Program-made: the position numbers and the translations under genes
The notes under the pieces: model-generated
The model's input: the letters and a program-made list of their open reading frames with translations, nothing else
Database searches by the model: none
Told to the model about the DNA's origin: nothing
Source: an uncultured Gemmatimonadales bacterium
Lineage (GTDB): Bacteria > Gemmatimonadota > Gemmatimonadetes > Gemmatimonadales > GWC2-71-9
Length of the DNA: 64,000 bases
Direction of reading: 5' to 3'
NCBI GenBank assembly: GCA_963779755.1
Contig: CAVZZO010000003.1
Coordinates: forward strand, 1,216,001-1,280,000
In this document: piece after piece, positions 57,415 to 64,000 of the stretch
How positions within the stretch are numbered: position 1 is the stretch's first letter
Layout of the letters: every line of letters begins with the position of its first letter

Positions 57415-58032
57415 TCATGCCCCGGCCTGCCGGGCCGGACGGCGCACCGCCTCCACCGAGAGCTCGATCTCCACATCATCGCCCAGCAGCATTCCACCTC
57501 CTTCCACCAGGCGGTTGTAGGAGACGCCGAAGTCGTTCCGGTTGATCACGCCGCGCGCTTCGAACCCGATCCGGTCGCCGCCGGTGTCATCCGGGGTGCG
57601 GCCGGTGAAGTCGGTCTCCAGCGCCACCGGCCGGCTCACGCCCCGCATAATGCCCTCCACCATCAGGTGACCGCCGGCCGAATCCACTCCGGTGCTGCGA
57701 AAGGTGATCGTGGGATATTCAACCACGTCGAAGAAGTCGTGGGAGCGCAGGTGAGTGTCCCGCCGGTCGTTGCGGGTATCGATGCTTGCCGCCTCGATGG
57801 TCACCTGGACACTGCCGGCGCCCCAGCGTCCCGGCGGGGCCGTGATGGTCCCTTCGAAGCGGGTGAAGTTCCCTCGCACCTGCCCGATCAGGTGCCGAAC
57901 CCGGAAGGCCACCTCGGAGTGCGCCGGGTCGATCATCCAGACGACCGCGGAATCGGCCGGTGCCGGCCTCAGATCGGAGGCCGGAAGGACGGAAGCGGCA
58001 ACAGCGGCGAGCAGGCCGAGCAGCAGGGTCAT
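57415..58032 (-). CDS. YceI-family protein
   Basis: IDPAHSEVAF, RDTHLRS.DFF and INRNDFG motifs. Confidence 0.92.
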   Translation of the reverse strand: MTLLLGLLAAVAASVLPASDLRPAPADSAVVWMIDPAHSEVAFRVRHLIGQVRGNFTRFEGTITAPPGRWGAGSVQVTIEAASIDTRNDRRDTHLRSHDFFDVVEYPTITFRSTGVDSAGGHLMVEGIMRGVSRPVALETDFTGRTPDDTGGDRIGFEARGVINRNDFGVSYNRLVEGGGMLLGDDVEIELSVEAVRRPARQAGA

Positions 58033-58140
58033 GGCGAGGCTCCGGGCGCCGGGAGCGGCGCGGCAGCAACGGGAACAGAGGCGAACGCCCCAAGCTGCGG
58101 GCCCAGGCCCGGCGAGGCTACGACTCCCGTCACAGGCGCA

Positions 58141-58171
58141 CGACGGCCGGGAGGAGTGCTCCCGGCCGTCG
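58141..58171. terminator. Hairpin downstream of 58195-59094
   Basis: CGACGGCCGGGAG-gagtg-CTCCCGGCCGTCG: perfect 13-bp stem, no clear U tail. Confidence 0.55.
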
Positions 58172-58194
58172 CGCGTCCCGAAGCGGCGCTGCCG

Positions 58195-59094
58195 TCAGCC
58201 GTGGGTGCGAGTCACCACGTACTGGCCGCAGGCGGTATGCTCCACTGCCACCGTGGTGGTCACACCGCCGCGCATGATGACCAGGGTCACGGTCCCCGCG
58301 TCGAAGCGTGGCGCCACGGCGCAGGTGGGATCGAAATGCAGCCCGCTGGTGGTGATGCCGACCGACCAGCTCCGGTCGCCCTCGCTCCAGCTCGAGCTGC
58401 CGGCGATGTTGAGCGTGCCGGCGGGCGGCGGCTGGTCGGGCTGGATCGACCCGGGAACATCGGCCGTGAAGGTGGCATTCCAGTTCTTCACGTGGGAGGT
58501 CTGCCGCCCGTTCCAGAAGGTGTAGTCGGTGGTGAAATTGGTGATCAGGTGATGCAGCTGATCGCCGTCACCGGTGACCTGGCGGGCGCCGTTGAAGAGG
58601 GTCGTAAAGGTGCGGTCGCTCCGGCCGGCCTGCCGCTCGATCCGGTAGTCGGTGAACACCGACCGGATCCCGAAGTCGGTGGTCGTGGGCGTGGGGTCAA
58701 GCACATCAATGAAGCCGGAGATCGTAACGGTGATGCCGCCTCGGCCGAAGTGGCAGCCGGTGAAGTCGAACCGTACCGAGTCGGCCACCGGGTCGCCGTC
58801 GGAGTCCACGGGTGGATCGGGACTGCGGTTGACGGTGCACGGTGGCGGTCCCCACGGCGGGGTTCTCGGCGGCGCCGCGGCCGAGACCGCCACGCCGCTG
58901 GCCGGTGCCAGGGTACTGGCGTCCATCACCGCATCGGCGTCGGTGGTGACCACCGCCGCCATATCCTGCGCTTCCGCATCGGTGAGACCGGCGCCCGCCG
59001 GCCCCGTCGCGCGGTCGCTGCTGCATCCCGCCAGGGCCAGCGCAGCCAACAGCGCACCGGCGGCCAGGGGCCGCACGTTCCTGGTGGTTCGCAT
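58195..59094 (-). CDS. Hypothetical beta-rich lipoprotein
   Basis: LAGC lipobox; Thr-rich; four further Cys residues; DSDGD motif. Confidence 0.75.
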   Translation of the reverse strand: MRTTRNVRPLAAGALLAALALAGCSSDRATGPAGAGLTDAEAQDMAAVVTTDADAVMDASTLAPASGVAVSAAAPPRTPPWGPPPCTVNRSPDPPVDSDGDPVADSVRFDFTGCHFGRGGITVTISGFIDVLDPTPTTTDFGIRSVFTDYRIERQAGRSDRTFTTLFNGARQVTGDGDQLHHLITNFTTDYTFWNGRQTSHVKNWNATFTADVPGSIQPDQPPPAGTLNIAGSSSWSEGDRSWSVGITTSGLHFDPTCAVAPRFDAGTVTLVIMRGGVTTTVAVEHTACGQYVVTRTHG

Positions 59095-59179
59095 GACCTG
59101 CTCCCGGGGAAATGAGGGCCAGAGCCTGAAACAGCCACGGTGGAGGACGGCGCCTCCGGCCCGGCGTTAAGTTTCCCCC

Positions 59180-60955
59180 ATGCCTCCGGCTGCCATCCCC
59201 TCGGAGCTCGCCGCCGCCTATCTCCAGGCGGCGGTCATGCTCGGCGTCGCTATTCTCTGCGCGGCCTTCTACCAGCGGTACCACAAGCGTTACCTGCTCT
59301 GGTGGGCGGTTGCGTGGTGTCTTTATGTGCTGCGGATCGGCGCCATCAGCCGGTTCCTGGTCACCGGCGAGTCCGCCTGGCTCTACTGGCACCAGGTCAT
59401 CACCGGCTGGACCGCCCTCGCCCTGCTCTGGGCCGCTGTGGTGTTCTCCCGGCAGCTGCGCTGGCGCGGCTGGTTCATCCTGCTGATCCTGTTCCCGCCG
59501 ATCTGGTCCTACATCGCCATCTACCGGCTGGAGCAGTTCCTCCTCGCGGCCGGCCCCGCCGTGCTCTTCCTCAGCCTGGCAACGCTGTGGACCGGGTGGG
59601 TATTCGTCACGCACTGGCGCCGGACCGGCTCACGCGGGGCGCTCTGGCTGGCGGCCACCTTCCTGCTCTGGGGGCTGCACCACCTCGACTACCCCCTGCT
59701 CCGCGCCCGTGGCGCCTGGAATCCGTGGGGCTACTACCTGGACATCCTCTTCGTCCTGGCCATCGGCGGCGGCATCTTCCTCCTGGTGCTGGAGGATGTC
59801 CACCGTGGCCTGGCGGCGCTGGCCACTCTCTCCGGCGATCTCCAGGCCGGCGGGCGCAGCAGCGACCACCTGCGAGCCCTGCTGGCGCGGCCCCTGGAGC
59901 TGCCGGGCGTGCGGGGCAGCGCCATGTACCAGGTGGATGAGGCGGGCCGCGGACGCTTCGTGCGCGGGCTGGGCGCCTGCGAGCCCTGGACCGGCCAACC
60001 GCCCGAAGGGGCGGCGGCCGGCGTCATCGCCCAGGCGGTCCGCGACGGCCGGCCGGCCGTCAGCAGCGACTGGCCCGAACCGCTGGCCCACGGAGGCGCC
60101 AGCTACGCCTACGCCGCCGTGCTGCCGGTTTTCCAGAGTGAAGGCGTCCGCGGCGCGCTGGTGATCGTCGGCGACGCGCGCGATCCGTTCACCGCCCTGG
60201 ATGAGAGCTTTCTCCGGGCGCTGGGCCAGCAGGTAGGCGCGGCCCTGGAAAATGCCGATCTGTCGCGGCGGCTGCAGGCCCGCGCCGAGGAGCTGGAGCG
60301 GCTGTCCTCCCGAATGGTGCAGCAGCACGAAGAAGAGCGGCGCCGGTTGTCGCTGGAACTGCACGACGAAACGGCCCAGGTCTTCTCCGCCGTGAAGCTG
60401 CAGCTCGGCGTGCTGCGGGAGGCGGCGGCCCCGGAGCTGGGGCCCCGGTTCGACCATGTGATTATGCTCATCGATCAGGGTATTCGCAGCCTGCGCAACC
60501 TGACCAACGACCTCCGGCCCTCGCTGCTGGACGACCTGGGCCTCCTGCCGGCCCTGCGGACGCTGGTGTCGGACTTCGTGCACCGGACCGGACTCGAGGT
60601 GCGGTTCGAGGCGCCCGCCACCGTGCCCGCCCCCGGTAAGGAGGGTGAGCTGGCCCTGTTCCGGGCGGTGCAGGAAGGGCTGTCCAACGTGGCCCGGCAC
60701 GCCGGGGCGCAATCGGTCCGCGTAGGCCTGAAGGTCCGCGGCGGCGCGCTCGACCTGCACATCGAAGACGACGGCCGGGGACTGCCTCCGGACGTGTCGC
60801 TGGAAGGCTTGGAGCGCAACGGGCACATGGGGCTGGCGGGCATGCGGGAACGGATTACCGCGCTGGGAGGGACCATCACCGTCGAGGGCCGCCCGAGCTC
60901 CGGGGTCCATCTGCTGATTCACCTGCCGCTGCATCGAGGAATGCTGAGCTCATGA
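59180..60955 (+). CDS. Membrane sensor histidine kinase (7TM-GAF-HisKA_3)
   Basis: EERRRLSLELHDE, QEGLSNVARHA, DDGRG and GLAGMRER motifs. Confidence 0.92.
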   Translation: MPPAAIPSELAAAYLQAAVMLGVAILCAAFYQRYHKRYLLWWAVAWCLYVLRIGAISRFLVTGESAWLYWHQVITGWTALALLWAAVVFSRQLRWRGWFILLILFPPIWSYIAIYRLEQFLLAAGPAVLFLSLATLWTGWVFVTHWRRTGSRGALWLAATFLLWGLHHLDYPLLRARGAWNPWGYYLDILFVLAIGGGIFLLVLEDVHRGLAALATLSGDLQAGGRSSDHLRALLARPLELPGVRGSAMYQVDEAGRGRFVRGLGACEPWTGQPPEGAAAGVIAQAVRDGRPAVSSDWPEPLAHGGASYAYAAVLPVFQSEGVRGALVIVGDARDPFTALDESFLRALGQQVGAALENADLSRRLQARAEELERLSSRMVQQHEEERRRLSLELHDETAQVFSAVKLQLGVLREAAAPELGPRFDHVIMLIDQGIRSLRNLTNDLRPSLLDDLGLLPALRTLVSDFVHRTGLEVRFEAPATVPAPGKEGELALFRAVQEGLSNVARHAGAQSVRVGLKVRGGALDLHIEDDGRGLPPDVSLEGLERNGHMGLAGMRERITALGGTITVEGRPSSGVHLLIHLPLHRGMLSS

Positions 60956-61605
60956 ACGACGCGATTCGCATCCTGGTGGCCGACGACCACGCCCTGGTCC
61001 GCGAAGGCATTCGCGGCGTGCTGACCGCCGCCCCCGGCTTCGAGGTGGTGGCCGAGGCGAGCGACGGCCGGGAAGTCGTTGCCCTGGCGGAGCAGTACAG
61101 GCCCGACGTCATCCTGCTCGACATCTCCATGCCCGGGGCCAGCGGCCTCGAAGCGGCCGCCGAATTGCGCCAGCGGGTGCCCGGCGCCAAGGTGCTTATC
61201 CTGAGCGTGCACGATCAGACCGAATATGTGCTGGAGAGCGTGCGCGCCGGGGCACACGGATACCTGCGCAAGGATACCGCCCCCGCCGAGTTGCGCCGCG
61301 CCATCCGGGCGGTCCACAGCGGCGAGGGCTTTTTTACCCCGGTGGCGCAGCAGCTTTCGGCCGCCTTGCGCGAGGAGGCCGAGCGGGAAGAACGCTCCAC
61401 CCGGCTGGATCAGCTCACCGGCCGCGAGCGCGAAGTCCTGCTGGGCATCGCCTCCGGTGATACCAACAAGGAAATCGCGGCCAAGCTGGGCATCAGTCCC
61501 CGCACGGTCGAAACGCACCGCGAAAGCCTGATGCGTAAACTGGAGATCCGGACGGTCGCGGGGCTCACCCGCTTCGCCCTGGACATGGGGCTGGTCGCGG
61601 AGTAG
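60952..61605 (+). CDS. NarL/LuxR-family response regulator
   Basis: DDH..VREG, LLDISMP and LTGREREVL..TVETHR motifs. Confidence 0.95.
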   Translation: MNDAIRILVADDHALVREGIRGVLTAAPGFEVVAEASDGREVVALAEQYRPDVILLDISMPGASGLEAAAELRQRVPGAKVLILSVHDQTEYVLESVRAGAHGYLRKDTAPAELRRAIRAVHSGEGFFTPVAQQLSAALREEAEREERSTRLDQLTGREREVLLGIASGDTNKEIAAKLGISPRTVETHRESLMRKLEIRTVAGLTRFALDMGLVAE

Positions 61606-61715
61606 TCGGCGGCAGGAACACGGGCGGGCCCGGGGAAGGTGACGCGGGACACAGCACGGGCGGCCGGGACCGGCGACTACTCCCCGGTGACCATCCTCCA
61701 GTTAGTTTCCACACC

Positions 61716-62774
61716 ATGAGGGCGCACCTCGACGAGACCAAAATCCAGCGCCTGCTGCACGGACAGGCGAAGCCCGCAGAGGTCGAACAGATCCGCGGGC
61801 ATCTGGCGGTGTGCGCACGCTGCGCTCAGCGGGTGCGGGAATGGACGCCGCTCTTTCCCGAGGCCGCCGATGTGCTGCCTCCGGGCGAGCGCCTGCCGCC
61901 GCCGCTCCCGGGATCCGCGCCCCGGGTGGTGGTGCCCGAAGGCAACTATGCCTACGCCACCGGCCCGCGCCGGATCACCTTCCCCCGGGTGGCCGGAGCG
62001 CTGCTCCTGGTCGGATTGATGGTGGCCGCCTTCCTGCTGCGCGACCGCCTTCCCCGCTCCACCCCGCCCGGCATGGCCGAACTGCCGGAAACGGTGAGCA
62101 GCCCCAGCGTGACGCCCGCTGCGCTCACCTCAGACTCCGCCGACATTACGGCGCTCGGCGACACGGCATCGCCCCCCGCGGCAGCTTCGGCTGCTCCCGC
62201 CACGCCCCCGGCTCCGCCACCAAGGCGGGACACCACCGCCGCCCGGCCGCGGCAGCCGGCCCCAACCAGCGAGCCCACCGCCACCTTCCCGGTGCGCCGG
62301 CCGGAACCGCAGCAGCCGGCGCCCCGTCAGGCGCCGGCACAGGCGGTCCCATCACCTACGCCGGTCCCATCACCCACGCCGGCGGAAACCGCGCCGGCGG
62401 TCGCGGTGGCAGACCCCACCAGCGTACGCCGGGTGACGCTGGGCGATGCCATCCAGGCGCTCGGAGGGGAGGTGCGCCTGCTGCAGGGCATCACGCCCGA
62501 CCGGGTCGAGCTGGTCCCCTCGGGACAGGCCCGTGGGGCCACGCCGGGCATTCCCGTGGTACGGATTGCGTACAGCGAATCTTCCGGCCAGACCATCATT
62601 CTGGAAGAACAGCGGCTGCCTTCCCGCCAGGGGCCGGCCGAACCGCAGGTGTCGGTGGACAGCATCCCCGGCGGCCATGCCGCCACCTGGGTGGATCGTG
62701 CCGGCTTCCGGCTCAGCATCTCGGTCCCCGGCGATCAGAGCATGGTGCTGCGGATGGTGAATCGGGTGCAGTAG
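61716..62774 (+). CDS. zf-HC2 anti-sigma-like membrane protein
   Basis: HL..HLAVCARC (HxxxCxxC), TM segment, Pro-rich linker. Confidence 0.75.
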   Translation: MRAHLDETKIQRLLHGQAKPAEVEQIRGHLAVCARCAQRVREWTPLFPEAADVLPPGERLPPPLPGSAPRVVVPEGNYAYATGPRRITFPRVAGALLLVGLMVAAFLLRDRLPRSTPPGMAELPETVSSPSVTPAALTSDSADITALGDTASPPAAASAAPATPPAPPPRRDTTAARPRQPAPTSEPTATFPVRRPEPQQPAPRQAPAQAVPSPTPVPSPTPAETAPAVAVADPTSVRRVTLGDAIQALGGEVRLLQGITPDRVELVPSGQARGATPGIPVVRIAYSESSGQTIILEEQRLPSRQGPAEPQVSVDSIPGGHAATWVDRAGFRLSISVPGDQSMVLRMVNRVQ

Positions 62775-62801
62775 GAGTGGGCAGAATAGCAGCGCGCCAG
62801 A

Positions 62802-62861
62802 GCGGGACCGGGGATCAGGAGTCAGGAGCGGAGATTTTGCCGTCCCGATTTCCCCATCCCT
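62802..62861. repeat. Degenerate 7-bp inverted arrays
   Basis: CGGGACC GGGGATC AGGAGTC AGGAG ... GTCCCG ATTTCCCC ATCCCTG. Confidence 0.45.
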
Positions 62862-63012
62862 GTTGCTACGCCCCAGGTTTGAAACCAAACGCACCATGAG
62901 GGAGTCGGAGCGTAGCGGGGACCGCCGGATTTCGGCGGCAGCGTCGTAGAGCAGAACCGCAACGTGACTGTCGTATGAAGCCGGGAGGCCGGTTCGCGCT
63001 CAGCGCAACCGC

Positions 63013-64000
63013 CTACAGCGTTGCCCGCACCCGGAGCGCCGCATCGATTCGCTCCGCCAGCCACTCGGCCTCGTGCTTGTCCCGGATGCCCCGCCCCGCG
63101 GAAACTGTGCGTCCGCTCCTCAGCCGGATCCGCAGATCATAGAATACGCGGGACCCGGCCTGCATCCCGATCCGTGGGGTGATGCTGTCGATCTCCTCGG
63201 CGGTATAGGTCCGGCGGCGACCGCCGCCGAGCCAGCCACTAGTCACCGCCAGCTGCCCGTGATCGATTTCCAGCGTGGTAGTGCCCAGCCAGAGTCCCAG
63301 CGAGATCGCCAGCAGGAGCAGCCCGAACCCGCCGAAAACCAGCGGGAACAGGAGCGGCGCGCCCAGCTTGACGATGCCCCAGACGATGCCGAGCCATAGC
63401 AGGATGAAGCCTGATACCGAGGCCGCGGCCCCGGCGTTCCGCCCCGCCGGAAAGACGATGCTCGTCCCCCGCCGGTTTTCCGTCACCCGTATGGACGAGC
63501 CCGGGGGCTGATGATACTCCAGCGCCGTCTCCGTCGGATCCGCGGGGGCTGGCACCGGCGTTGCGCTCTCTGCCGTACGAAAGACCGGGACTTCGAAGAC
63601 CGCGTCGTAGTCCACCCCCGGCATCGAGGCATGCGCCCGCAGCCGCCACAGCACCCGGTCGCCGGCGGTTCCGCCGCTGGGCTGAACCAGGGCGGCAATA
63701 GGAATATCGAACGCCAGCGCGACTCCGTGCGGGGCGGGGCTGGCGTTTGCCTCCTGCTCCTCCTGCCAGAGGATATGCTCCGAGGTCGAACGGTTGCGGC
63801 CCGACCCGGTGGTGACCCGGTGCACACAGGTGAGCTCGACTCGGCAGGGCTGCCCGGCCGGAAGGCCGGTCGTGGTCTGCACCGTGCCGGCGATGTGGCG
63901 GCCGATGACTCCCGGCAGGGTGGACAGCTCCAGCGTGGAAGCGCCGAAGCGGAAATAGCGCAGGGTGGTGTGCACCGCCCAGGCGAGCAGCCCCACCCCA
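63013..64000 (-). CDS. Membrane protein, partial (5' end lies outside the window)
   Basis: Open frame runs to the window edge; TM pairs; PGVDYDAVFEVPVF motif. Confidence 0.7.
   Translation of the reverse strand, partial: GVGLLAWAVHTTLRYFRFGASTLELSTLPGVIGRHIAGTVQTTTGLPAGQPCRVELTCVHRVTTGSGRNRSTSEHILWQEEQEANASPAPHGVALAFDIPIAALVQPSGGTAGDRVLWRLRAHASMPGVDYDAVFEVPVFRTAESATPVPAPADPTETALEYHQPPGSSIRVTENRRGTSIVFPAGRNAGAAASVSGFILLWLGIVWGIVKLGAPLLFPLVFGGFGLLLLAISLGLWLGTTTLEIDHGQLAVTSGWLGGGRRRTYTAEEIDSITPRIGMQAGSRVFYDLRIRLRSGRTVSAGRGIRDKHEAEWLAERIDAALRVRATL

Noticed and set aside
62340..62380. 18-bp tandem duplication encoding VPSPTP x2
   Set aside because: Ordinary slippage in a Pro-rich linker
1..64000. 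tRNA/rRNA genes, riboswitches, prophage or defence genes
   Set aside because: None recognised by eye; a covariance-model scan would be needed to exclude short RNAs

Overview
Very GC-rich bacterial chromosomal window. The gene content and order (tsaD-lgt, tamA/tamB, a Hanks-type kinase with a TPR tail, many apparently leaderless genes) suggest Gemmatimonadota; this assignment is inference. There are about 55 mostly housekeeping or envelope CDSs and no rRNA, tRNA or CRISPR-Cas. Mobile DNA: an IS3-family element (42032-44734, AAC target duplication) has a nonsense codon in orfB, and an intact IS30-family element (42960-44431) is nested inside it. Two features stand out. (1) A four-helix-bundle (TIGR02436/bAvd-like) gene is bracketed by inverted arrays of an 11-bp tandem repeat. 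The same 11-mer recurs nearby as a gene-less inverted pair. About a dozen other 'array-spacer-inverted array' elements with 7-11-bp units sit at gene junctions, and some have been absorbed into coding sequences. This looks like an uncharacterised repeat-bounded cassette system. (2) A probable sigma-54-dependent sRNA (~1189-1336) lies between lgt and an FTR1 gene, with a near-consensus -24/-12 promoter, an IHF site, candidate enhancer sites and an intrinsic terminator. Also noted: a Fur-type box overlapping the FTR1 start codon, a frameshifted ygfZ-like gene, and strong enrichment of the Bacteroidota-type D-(S/T)-hydrophobic O-glycosylation sequon in exported proteins. All protein calls come from motif recognition by eye, not database searches.
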